Positions 26,402 to 35,285 of a DNA stretch of 35,285 nucleotides are shown piece by piece (positions within the stretch are counted from its first letter, which is position 1; each line of letters starts with the position of its first letter). The notes beneath the pieces were generated by a model. That model was given only the letters and a program-made list of their open reading frames with translations. It was not told the origin of the DNA and searched no databases. The position numbers and the translations under genes were made by a program. Where the stretch lies: positions 1 to 35,285 of the forward strand of contig JAFGSO010000172.1 of assembly GCA_016934605.1 (NCBI GenBank), given 5' to 3'. The DNA is from Calditrichota bacterium. Its GTDB lineage: Bacteria; Calditrichota; Calditrichia; RBG-13-44-9.

Positions 26402-27761
26402 GGTGAAAATCCGGATTCTTATAGTTGATGATGAAACAGATGCCCTAGATCTTATGGAAGAGGTATTTACCAAGCAGGGGTATGAAACGTATACTGCCCG
26501 GGATGGGCTTGAAGCATTAAATATTATTCGGGAAACTGAACCTGATATTCTGATATCCGATATGATGATGCCTGAGATGAATGGAATCGAACTTCTGGAT
26601 ACGGTATCGAAAAACTATCGCGATATATCTGTTATAATGATCACTGCATATGGAACCATTGAGACGGCCGTTGAAGCCATGAAGAAAGGAGCCAAGGATT
26701 ATTTTCTGAAACCCTTCCGTCTGGAGGAAATTATAGCCAAGGTGGGAACACTGGCCCAGCTGAAATCTTTGAAAGTAGAAAATCAATACCTGAGGGAAAA
26801 ATTATCTCAGCAATATAATTTCCATAATATCATCGGCAAAAATAGCAACATGCTCGAGCTATTTAATTTAGTTAAAGATATTGCCAAAACAACTTCTACT
26901 ATCCTGATAACAGGTGAAAGCGGAACTGGCAAAGAACTTATTGCAAACGCCATCCATTTTAACAGTGAGCGGATAAAAATGCCTTTTGTTAAAGTCAATT
27001 GCGGTGTACTTGCCGAGAATCTACTGGAGAGTGAACTTTTTGGTCATATAAAAGGATCGTTTACTGGTGCGATTCGTGACAAACTGGGACGATTCGAAAT
27101 TGCCGACGGGGGTACAATCTTTCTTGATGAAATAGGTGATATTTCACCAAATATGCAGCTAAAACTGCTACGCGTCCTCCAGGAGGGTGAATTCGAAAGG
27201 GTTGGAAGTACGGAAACCTTGAAAGTGGATGTTCGGATTATTGCTGCAACAAACAAAGACCTCACAGATTTAATGATGAAAGGAGAATTTCGACAGGATC
27301 TCTATTATAGGTTGAATGTTATTCCAATCGAAGTTCCGCCCCTGAGGGAACGTAAAGATGATATTCCCCTGCTCATTTCTCATTTTCTTGATAAATTTAA
27401 TAAGCAATTCAACAAAAATATTGATATTATTGATGATGACGCCATGAAATATTTGCAAAACTATTCCTGGCCTGGAAACATAAGGGAACTTGAGAATCTG
27501 GTAGAGCGGGCAGTGGTCCTGAACAAAACCGGTCGGCTTACTGCAAAAGATTTTCCCACTTATGTCAGCAAGCAGGAAGATGAAATAGATCTAAATTTGA
27601 TAAGTGATGGTTCCCTGATAGACATTGTTGATTCATATGAAAAACAAATTATTTTAAGAGCATTACGGGAAAACAATTTCAACAAGTTAAGAACCGCAGA
27701 AAAACTGGGTATTCATCGCAGTACTTTTATGTCAAAACTTAAAAAATACGAGATAAGCTAA
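26394..27761 (+). CDS. Sigma54-dependent NtrC-family response regulator
   Basis: Receiver 'ISDMMMPEMNG'; Walker A 'GESGTGKE'; 'ESELFGH.KGSFTGA'; Walker B 'FLDEIGD'; 'FRQDLYYRLNV'; 'WPGNIRELEN'; C-terminal Fis-type HTH. GTG start overlaps the upstream gene. Confidence 0.96.
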   Translation: MLKVKIRILIVDDETDALDLMEEVFTKQGYETYTARDGLEALNIIRETEPDILISDMMMPEMNGIELLDTVSKNYRDISVIMITAYGTIETAVEAMKKGAKDYFLKPFRLEEIIAKVGTLAQLKSLKVENQYLREKLSQQYNFHNIIGKNSNMLELFNLVKDIAKTTSTILITGESGTGKELIANAIHFNSERIKMPFVKVNCGVLAENLLESELFGHIKGSFTGAIRDKLGRFEIADGGTIFLDEIGDISPNMQLKLLRVLQEGEFERVGSTETLKVDVRIIAATNKDLTDLMMKGEFRQDLYYRLNVIPIEVPPLRERKDDIPLLISHFLDKFNKQFNKNIDIIDDDAMKYLQNYSWPGNIRELENLVERAVVLNKTGRLTAKDFPTYVSKQEDEIDLNLISDGSLIDIVDSYEKQIILRALRENNFNKLRTAEKLGIHRSTFMSKLKKYEIS

Positions 27762-27786
27762 ATAAAAATTCAAAAATGCCGAAACG

Positions 27787-29166
27787 TCACTCTTCAAGTT
27801 TCTTTTGATCCAGCCAGTCCGTTACCCAGCGGTAAATGAGTGATAAAATTAAGGCAAAAAGACCAATTGCAGCAAAGTAATACCAGATATAATGTGCCTG
27901 CCCGAAATGCATCGCAAATTGCTCTGGAGTCAACAAAGTTTTTGGATCAATTCCAAACTGATCAATTTTGATAATTTGTTGTGGTGTTAGAAATTTCCGG
28001 GGATCCGGGGCATAGGTGTCCAGTAAATATCCACTGATAGCGAATCCCACAAGCCAGGCAATAAATGTATGAATATGGGCATATCCCAGGTATAAACCTT
28101 CCTGACCTTTGGGAGCCTGTTTCGAAGCAAATTCATAATACCGTGGAGATAGGAAACATTCCGCCAGACCCTGAAGCGCAATTCCGATAATCATCATCAC
28201 TGTTATCGGGTGAAGGCTAAAAAGCCCAAAAAATTCAACGGATGTCCCAGTCCAGCTTTCCAAAACAGGACTCAGAGAAATTGACAGCGCAGAAAGCGGG
28301 ATGATAGCAAGTGAAATACTGATAGAACCGATTGGTCTCATATGTCTCACAAGATGAGTTATTGGTATTACGAAAAGTACCACCATCAGTGGATTCACAT
28401 TAGCGTACCACTCTGGAGCTGCATGGGCACCTACCAGGCGAAGAGTGTATTTCGGCATCGTTGCGTACAACTGCCCCTGTATCAGCCAGAATCCCGCAAC
28501 AATAAATATGAGCATCATAAAACGGAAATTCGTAAGAACAACTTTAAACTCCCCGAAAATTTCTTTAAATTTTTTGCCCTTCGCCTGAATTTCTACACTT
28601 TTGAAGAAAAACAGCACTACGAAAAACGCAATCAGTGAAATAAAAGCTGCATAATAATTGAGATACTCAAGTCCCAGTTCTGTGCGTAGAGGCTTTGCGA
28701 TTGTTTTTCCACTGAATGAGCCGATGTTCACCATCTGGTAAAAAATAGAATAAGCTCTGGCACGATTCACATCATCAGTAATTTTGGCCACAGTACCTGA
28801 TATAACTGGCTTTATGAAAGAGCCACCAAATACAATTAAAGCCAGAGATATAACAGAAAAAAGTTTGGTTGGAAAAGCTCCTAGCGCTGCATAACCCGCG
28901 GTTAAAACTAAAAATGCCAGCAGAAGGGCATTTCGAAAACCCAGTCTATCTGCAAGAGCACCATTAAAAATCGGGCCAAGGTAAAGCAATGCTGCAAAAG
29001 CCCCGCCTATCCAGCCTGCTTCGATGTCTGAGAAACCCACCACACTTGTCAGAAAAACAACCAGTGCGATAAACATCCCATAGTATGCTGCCCGCTCAAA
29101 TAGTTCGATTACATTTGCAATCCAGAATACTTTTGGAAATTTCCAGGTAAGTCGTTTATCCTTCAT
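27787..29166 (-). CDS. MFS transporter, POT/PTR (proton-dependent oligopeptide transporter)-like
   Basis: ExxERxxYY motif 'ELFERAAYYG'; 'GALADRLG'; 'GGSFIKP'; 'AYSIFYQMVNIG'; 'AECFLSP'; about 12 TM helices. Confidence 0.88.
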   Translation of the reverse strand: MKDKRLTWKFPKVFWIANVIELFERAAYYGMFIALVVFLTSVVGFSDIEAGWIGGAFAALLYLGPIFNGALADRLGFRNALLLAFLVLTAGYAALGAFPTKLFSVISLALIVFGGSFIKPVISGTVAKITDDVNRARAYSIFYQMVNIGSFSGKTIAKPLRTELGLEYLNYYAAFISLIAFFVVLFFFKSVEIQAKGKKFKEIFGEFKVVLTNFRFMMLIFIVAGFWLIQGQLYATMPKYTLRLVGAHAAPEWYANVNPLMVVLFVIPITHLVRHMRPIGSISISLAIIPLSALSISLSPVLESWTGTSVEFFGLFSLHPITVMMIIGIALQGLAECFLSPRYYEFASKQAPKGQEGLYLGYAHIHTFIAWLVGFAISGYLLDTYAPDPRKFLTPQQIIKIDQFGIDPKTLLTPEQFAMHFGQAHYIWYYFAAIGLFALILSLIYRWVTDWLDQKKLEE

Positions 29167-29243
29167 GGTGAGCTCCGGTAGTAGAAAAATGTAAAGATTA
29201 AGAAAATCAGATAGGAGATATAATCAATCAGATGATCGATGAA

Positions 29244-31877
29244 TTATTTCTCTCTTTTATTCAAAATCTTTTCCAGATGTTGAATCGCTGCATCCAGTTT
29301 ATCTGGATTTTTACCTCCTGCAGTCGCCAGATGAGCTCTACCTCCACCACCACCACCGGTGATTTTAGCAATATCCCTTAACATTTTCCCGGCGTGATAA
29401 CCTTCTTTCACCAAATCATCAGTAATAGTGTAAACAAAATTCAATTTGTCATCTGTCTGATTAACGAGCAGCAGTACTCCCAAATGTGTCTTTTGTCTGA
29501 AACGATCTGCAACCTGTTTCAGTAAATCCATGTCAATATCATGAAAAATGTGGAATCCCAGAGATATTTTACCAATTTTTTTTGACTTAGCTATTATTTC
29601 ATCTACGCGGCTGAGTATCTCTTCTGTTTGTATTTTTTGAAGGCGTTTTTCCTGATCCCTGATTTGTTCACTTAATATTTTCAGTTTATCGGTAATATTT
29701 TCATATGATGTATTTAAAATTTGGCTTACGTTTGATAAAATATTCCTTGTCTTCTGCATAAATTCAATCGCAGCTGGGCCAGTCAGCGCCTCAATTCTAC
29801 GGACACCACTAGCAATACCGCTTTCCTCAACAATAATGAAGGAACCGATCTGGCCGGTATGATTTACATGAGTTCCCCCACAAAGTTCCCGGCTGAAATC
29901 ACCGATTGTAATAACACGAACCTGTTCCTCGTATTTCTCATCGAAAAGAGCAATTACACCCATTTCCCGTGCTTTTTTAATATCCGTATAAAATATATCC
30001 AGTGAGATGTCTTTTCTGATCTGTTCATTAACAATTCGTTCTATTTCCTCCAGTTCTTCCCTTTCGATTTTTTTATAATGTGTAAAATCAAAACGCAACC
30101 TTTCAGGACTTACTAGCGAACCAGCTTGTTGTACATGTTTACCCAGTACCCGACGTAGAGCTTCATGGAGGAGATGCGTTGTGGTATGATTATACATGGT
30201 TGGGAACCGATGACCGGAATCCACCTCCGCCTTAGCTCGAGCATGGATGATATTCAAATCTTCTGGTCCTTCACAAATGTGGATAATTTCCGATCCTTCA
30301 CGCTTGACGTCAACAACTTTTAGATCAACATTTTCAACTGTTATCCTTCCTTTATCTGCAACCTGACCCCCTCCCTCTGGATAAAAAGGTGTTTCAGCCA
30401 GGACAAAATGAAATTTTCCACCCTTAAAGGCGAATTTACAAATCTCGGATTCCAGCGAAAGATTTTCATATCCCACAAAAACAGAGTTTGAGGCGCAGTG
30501 ATGGAGAACATTCCATTGATCTACCTGATCAAGATGTACTGAAAATTTTCCGGCCTGACGAGCTCTTTCACGTTGTTTTTCCATCTCTGAATCAAAACCC
30601 TCTTCATCAACAGTCATATTTTTCTCTTCAGCCATTACACGTGTTAAATCCAGGGGGAAACCGTAGGTATCATACAGACGAAATGCCTCCTCTCCAGGAA
30701 TAATTCTCTGTCCATTTTTCAGAATATTATTCGCAAGATTGTCAAAAATCTCAATACCGCGATCGAGAGTTTTATTAAAGTTTTCTTCTTCAGATCTAAT
30801 AACATCCATTACATGTTTCTTTTTCTGCAATATTTCAGGAAATGCTTCGGCCATTATCTCGACGACAATCGGTACCAATTCATAAATAATTGGTTCATGC
30901 AAATCTAATTTTCTAGCAAATCGGGATGCTCTGCGCAATATTCTCCGTAGCACATATCCACGTCCTTCATTCGATGGTATTGCACCATCGGTTATTGAAA
31001 AAGTAAGCATCCTTATATGATCAGCTAAAACCCGGAACGCTATCCTCCTGGATTCATCAGTTTCATTATATCGAAAACTACTTATTTCTTCAACTTTATT
31101 TATGATAGGTAGAAATAAGTCGGTATTATAATTTGAATTTACTCCCTGCAGAATTGCAACAATCCTCTCGAATCCCATCCCGGTATCGACATGTTTTTGA
31201 GGTAAAGAATGCAGTTTACCGTTCTCGTCTCTGTTATACTGAATAAAAACAAGATTCCAAAGTTCGATGTACCGACCACAATCTCCATTTACATGACAGT
31301 TGTGATTTTTTAAATACTTTTTATCACAATATTCTTCTCCCAGGTCAATATGAATCTCTGATGATGGTCCACATGGACCCGTCTCTCCCATTTCCCAGAA
31401 ATTGTCAGCTTCATCAAAGCGAAGGATTTGGGAATGCTCTATGTTAGTCTCACTTTTCCAGAATTCTTCGGCTTCATCATCATCCTTGAATACTGTTGCC
31501 CACAATTTACGCGGATTCAAATTCCAGACTTCCGTAAGTAGCTCCCAGGCCCATTGAATTGCTTCTCGCTTATAATAGTCTCCAAACGACCAATTACCGA
31601 GCATTTCGAAAAAAGTATGGTGGTATGTATCTGATCCCACTTCCTCCAGGTCATTGTGTTTTCCGCTAACCCGGATGCATTTTTGTGAATTTACTGCCCG
31701 TTTATATGGTCTGTTTCCGATACCAAGAAATACATCTTTAAATTGATTCATTCCAGCGTTTGTGAATAAAAGAGTTGGATCATCTTTTGGAATCACCGGC
31801 GAACTGGGAACAACTTTATGGGATTTATTTTTAAAAAAATCTAAAAATTCATGACGGATTGTCTTCGAATTTTTCAT
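29244..31877 (-). CDS. alaS: Alanine--tRNA ligase
   Basis: 'LLFTNAGMNQFK', 'HHTFFEMLGNWSFGDY', 'GPCGPSSEI', 'DTGMGFER', 'LYDTYGFP'; editing motifs 'HTTTH' and 'ELCGGTH'; C-terminal 'GGGGG'; GAGGGGG RBS. Confidence 0.98.
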   Translation of the reverse strand: MKNSKTIRHEFLDFFKNKSHKVVPSSPVIPKDDPTLLFTNAGMNQFKDVFLGIGNRPYKRAVNSQKCIRVSGKHNDLEEVGSDTYHHTFFEMLGNWSFGDYYKREAIQWAWELLTEVWNLNPRKLWATVFKDDDEAEEFWKSETNIEHSQILRFDEADNFWEMGETGPCGPSSEIHIDLGEEYCDKKYLKNHNCHVNGDCGRYIELWNLVFIQYNRDENGKLHSLPQKHVDTGMGFERIVAILQGVNSNYNTDLFLPIINKVEEISSFRYNETDESRRIAFRVLADHIRMLTFSITDGAIPSNEGRGYVLRRILRRASRFARKLDLHEPIIYELVPIVVEIMAEAFPEILQKKKHVMDVIRSEEENFNKTLDRGIEIFDNLANNILKNGQRIIPGEEAFRLYDTYGFPLDLTRVMAEEKNMTVDEEGFDSEMEKQRERARQAGKFSVHLDQVDQWNVLHHCASNSVFVGYENLSLESEICKFAFKGGKFHFVLAETPFYPEGGGQVADKGRITVENVDLKVVDVKREGSEIIHICEGPEDLNIIHARAKAEVDSGHRFPTMYNHTTTHLLHEALRRVLGKHVQQAGSLVSPERLRFDFTHYKKIEREELEEIERIVNEQIRKDISLDIFYTDIKKAREMGVIALFDEKYEEQVRVITIGDFSRELCGGTHVNHTGQIGSFIIVEESGIASGVRRIEALTGPAAIEFMQKTRNILSNVSQILNTSYENITDKLKILSEQIRDQEKRLQKIQTEEILSRVDEIIAKSKKIGKISLGFHIFHDIDMDLLKQVADRFRQKTHLGVLLLVNQTDDKLNFVYTITDDLVKEGYHAGKMLRDIAKITGGGGGGRAHLATAGGKNPDKLDAAIQHLEKILNKREK

Positions 31878-32061
31878 CCTTCCCCCTCAGAATTTGTTCA
31901 TGTTCCTGTTAATAAGGAAAATAAAATTATCTATAAATTAGTTATTCAATAATTAGCTATAAAGAAAAAATATAGAGATGAGTAGTAGTTAAGGCAAGTG
32001 AATAAAAAGAGGCAAAATTTATAGTATATTGAAGTAAGATTAAGATTTTATCGACACAGTG

Positions 32062-34908
32062 CTAACTTAAAATCTGTCTGATTTTATAAGCTAATTCATT
32101 CAACCTGTATGGTTTTGATAAAACTCCTTCTAATTGAAGATCACTCGGAATCATTTTTTCTTCTTCAATATGTCCACTGGAAAGAAGAATTTTTATACTT
32201 CTATCAATATTCTGAATTTGTCTGATCGTTTCGATACCATTCATTTTAGGCATAGACATATCTACAATAGCAACATCGATATTTGCTTTTTTATCCTGAA
32301 CAATCTTCTCAGCTTCCATACCTGAAGATGCTTGTAGAACGATATACCCCAGTGACTCCAGAATATCTTTCACTGAGTTTCGTAGCATCATTTCATCATC
32401 AACTATCAGAATGGTTTCAGTTCCTTTCAGTAGTTCCTTATCAGGGAATTCTGTGTCAACTATTGATTTAGATCGTGCTGGGGGGAAAAAGAGTTTGAAA
32501 GTAGATCCTTCATTGAGTGTACTCTCCACCTCAACAAAACCACGGTGGCTCTGCATAATTCCATAGACAACAGATAATCCCAATCCTGTACCTTTACCAA
32601 CTGATTTTGTGGTAAAGAAAGGATCAAAGATTTTATCGATATCCGAGGCTTTTATGCCACTTCCGCGATCAGACATGCTTATGCACAGGTATTCTGAAAA
32701 TTGAGATTTACTGGTGTTTTTATTTTTATATTTACTCATCTGCGTACTTATAGTTATTTCTCCCCCTTCTGGCATCGAATCACGAGCATTTAAGGCAAGA
32801 TTTATTAAAACTTGGGTTAATCGATTTTCATCTCCTTCAATATCCGTCACATCAGGATTCAGATTCAATATGATATCATATTCTTTCCCTAGCGTCCGTT
32901 GAAACATATCTGACAACCGAGTTATTAGTTGATTCGGCGAGATGATTTGCAAATGAATATCCTGATTTCTCGAAAACATTAATAACTGTCGTGTAAGATC
33001 AGCTGCCCTTTGTGTTGCTTCGGCGATGGTATCAATCCGTCTTAAAATAGCTGGACTCCCATTAATCTCATTTCTAATCAAATCTGTATTGGGTAAAATT
33101 ATACCTAAAATATTATTAAAATCATGCGCAATGCCACCAACTAATGTACCAAGGCTTTCCATCTTTTGAAGCTGAATTACTTGCTGTTGTGATCTTTGCA
33201 ATTCACTATAGGCGTTTTCAAGACTTTGTGCTTTTTCTTTCAGTACTTTCAGAAGATTTCTATTATCTAATAATATGGCTGTTTGTGTCGCGAGTGTACT
33301 AATAAGATGAATTTCCTCGACTCGAAATGGATTTTCCCCTTCCCTCAGCAAAGCCATAACTCCAAAGCGGTAGTCTTTTTCACTTACTGGCAAAATCGCA
33401 ACCGATAGAGAATTTTGTCTGTTTAAGCCTAAATATTTCAGATCCGTTTCCAGCAATTGATTTGAATCAAGGATGATGGAATCGTTTTCAGCAAAGATTC
33501 TCCAGAGAATATTATTAGTTTTGGGAATTTCATCTGGTAAAAAACTTAATGTGTTTTGTGGTATTGATATTAATGGAACCAGTACTTCTACATTAGCATC
33601 AAAATTGTAGATTAGACATCCTGAAGTTTCTAAGAGCCCACCACTGTTATCTGCAAAACTTTTAATAATTTCAAATGAATCTGAAGATCTCATCATGTTT
33701 TGACTTATATCTATCAATCTCGCAAGATGGTTGGCATTTTTTCTATTCAGTTCACTTAATTTTTCTAATTCTTTTGTTTTTTTTGTTAATTCTGAATTTA
33801 TTTGTTGAAGTTTTGTCTGATTATGTAATATTTCTCTTTGAATTTGAATTTTCTCAGTAATATCTATGGCTGCCAGTATAATATTTCTAATCAGTTCATT
33901 CTCATCGACATAGGAAGTAACATTCAATTCCACAACTTTATTTGTTTCATCTGGCATTTTCATGGTGGTGACAAAATTTCGGATATTTTCTCTTTCTTCA
34001 ATAATTTTATTCAAAATTGAATGTAAGTCCTCTGACTGAATAAAATCTTTTAAGTTCATTTGAATCAGAAGATCATGATCTATACCAAAAAAATCGCAGG
34101 AATTTTCATTCACTTCTTCAATTTCACCTAGCGTATTTGCGATGATAATTGGAATTGGGTTCAGTTGAAACAATGTTTCAAGATATTTTTTAGAGCGGTT
34201 CAATTCAAGAATATTTTTATCGAGATTATCTGCGAGATGGTTGAATGCATTTCCTAGTTGTGCAATTTCATCGCTACCTTTTACAGGGAGTCTCAAATCC
34301 AACAATCCATTTTTATCCGAATATTTCTTGATAATATCAGCAGCTTTTTTCAATGGATTAGAGATAGTATATGCAAGAGCTGTAACAATTACAAAAAGTA
34401 GCAAACCGAGGAAACAGCTTAATAGCATAAGATTTTTTTTCTGATGATTCATCTTTTCTTTAATCCATGCCAGTCGAAAACCAACAAAAATATCACCTTG
34501 ATAATCGTCCCTGAAAAATATGCTCTGTTTAACCAAAAGGTTTTCTTCGGCATACTCATATACATTTCCAGAGCCTGCAAATTGATTCAGAGAAAATGAT
34601 TCTGGTGTAAATCCTGATTGATATTTTGTTTGTTTGTTTTCATCTTTGATTAACACAAATGACACATCTGGATCATTTTCCAAACCTTTGAGCAGATTAT
34701 GAACATAGTCCAAATCATTAGAATACAAGCCGTGTCCAAGGTTATAAGCTGCGGTTTGAACGAGGCTGATGCCTTTTCTCAGAAAACCCTCTCTGAACTG
34801 TTTCTCTACAGTTAAATTAAAATAAAAATAGAAGGTGACAACAAAAATCATAACGATAGTTGCAGTCATCAACCATAATTTTTTTGAAATGCTTAATTTG
34901 GAAAACAC
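32062..34908 (-). CDS. Membrane-bound hybrid sensor histidine kinase (TM, periplasmic sensor, TM, HAMP, PAS, GAF, HisKA, HATPase, REC)
   Basis: Two TM helices; HAMP 'ISNPL...DEIAQLGNAFN'; PAS 'PIPIIIAN..GEIEEVN'; GAF 'GVMALLR...F...EIHLISTLA'; 'AHDFNN'; 'INLALNARD'; 'DRGSGI'; 'GKGTGLGLS'; receiver 'IVDDE...VDMSMPKMNG...KP'. Confidence 0.95.
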   Translation of the reverse strand: MFSKLSISKKLWLMTATIVMIFVVTFYFYFNLTVEKQFREGFLRKGISLVQTAAYNLGHGLYSNDLDYVHNLLKGLENDPDVSFVLIKDENKQTKYQSGFTPESFSLNQFAGSGNVYEYAEENLLVKQSIFFRDDYQGDIFVGFRLAWIKEKMNHQKKNLMLLSCFLGLLLFVIVTALAYTISNPLKKAADIIKKYSDKNGLLDLRLPVKGSDEIAQLGNAFNHLADNLDKNILELNRSKKYLETLFQLNPIPIIIANTLGEIEEVNENSCDFFGIDHDLLIQMNLKDFIQSEDLHSILNKIIEERENIRNFVTTMKMPDETNKVVELNVTSYVDENELIRNIILAAIDITEKIQIQREILHNQTKLQQINSELTKKTKELEKLSELNRKNANHLARLIDISQNMMRSSDSFEIIKSFADNSGGLLETSGCLIYNFDANVEVLVPLISIPQNTLSFLPDEIPKTNNILWRIFAENDSIILDSNQLLETDLKYLGLNRQNSLSVAILPVSEKDYRFGVMALLREGENPFRVEEIHLISTLATQTAILLDNRNLLKVLKEKAQSLENAYSELQRSQQQVIQLQKMESLGTLVGGIAHDFNNILGIILPNTDLIRNEINGSPAILRRIDTIAEATQRAADLTRQLLMFSRNQDIHLQIISPNQLITRLSDMFQRTLGKEYDIILNLNPDVTDIEGDENRLTQVLINLALNARDSMPEGGEITISTQMSKYKNKNTSKSQFSEYLCISMSDRGSGIKASDIDKIFDPFFTTKSVGKGTGLGLSVVYGIMQSHRGFVEVESTLNEGSTFKLFFPPARSKSIVDTEFPDKELLKGTETILIVDDEMMLRNSVKDILESLGYIVLQASSGMEAEKIVQDKKANIDVAIVDMSMPKMNGIETIRQIQNIDRSIKILLSSGHIEEEKMIPSDLQLEGVLSKPYRLNELAYKIRQILS

Positions 34909-35285
34909 AGTTATGTAATTCCCGAAATAATATTAATTTTATAAAGATTTTTATTCAATTGAACTTTTTAATTGAGATGTACAGCACTCATATAAAAATC
35001 AAATATTTTCTTAGTGATATTTTTCAAATTGAATTACATATTTTATTTTTGACTTTCAACAGAATTTATTATTGATATCACAGAAAGATTTCAATAATTC
35101 GAGTAAAATTTAAGGGATTAAATATTAAAATTTATGATTATTGCCTTAGCTCCGAAATTTTTTGATATAAGTCAATAACGAACAATTCACTAATGTTTCT
35201 TGATTTGAAGCTGGTTCTGTACACTTGTTTTTGCAGTTTAGAATTGATGAAATCATGGTGTATGTTTTCATTGTTTTATGAGCCA

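Noticed and set aside
32049-32057. GTGTCGATA shared between the alaS upstream region (minus strand) and the gltX upstream region (23346-23354)
   Set aside because: A single 9-mer match at different distances from the starts, with no second half-site at alaS, is compatible with chance. No T-box-like leader was seen.
34909-35285. Possible gene or ncRNA in the AT-rich right end
   Set aside because: Only short ORFs without motifs and AT-only palindromes; cannot be judged without the flanking sequence.
1-35285. CRISPR arrays, IS elements, prophage, defence systems, rRNA/tRNA
   Set aside because: No regularly spaced direct repeats, transposase/integrase motifs or structural RNA signatures were seen. 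The remaining short ORFs in the track overlap well-supported genes.

Overview
This 35.3-kb window is gene-dense, AT-rich bacterial chromosome with about 22 CDS. I found no rRNA, tRNA, CRISPR array, transposase or phage genes. Several features suggest a diderm of the Calditrichota/KSB1/Ignavibacteria type (inference only): two secreted proteins with 'NYPNPFN' T9SS-type/FlgD-Ig C-termini, a GWxTD protein and a PD40-Omp85 protein. Left half: an edge-truncated PAS hybrid kinase missing from the ORF track, a VanZ-domain protein, a tightly coupled envelope operon (peptidase-MA/PD40/Omp85 barrel, BamB-like propeller lipoprotein, PEGA protein), a probable unannotated ~68-nt small RNA, a GWxTD protein, a 14-Cys unknown protein divergent from a mocA-like/xdhC-like pair, and a 1164-aa secreted protein. 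Right half: M1 aminopeptidase, MBL hydrolase, SpoIIM-like, ferritin-like, EEP nuclease and LapA genes, gltX coupled to a REC-PAS kinase with a degenerate ATP site and a sigma54 activator, a POT-type MFS transporter, alaS and a membrane hybrid kinase. Best candidates for new biology: (1) the apparently POTRA-less protease-Omp85/BamB-like/PEGA(/GWxTD) outer-membrane module, (2) the sRNA with an anti-Shine-Dalgarno-like C-rich tract, (3) the Cys-rich putative OB-fold protein. All family calls come from motif recognition by eye; no database searches were run.
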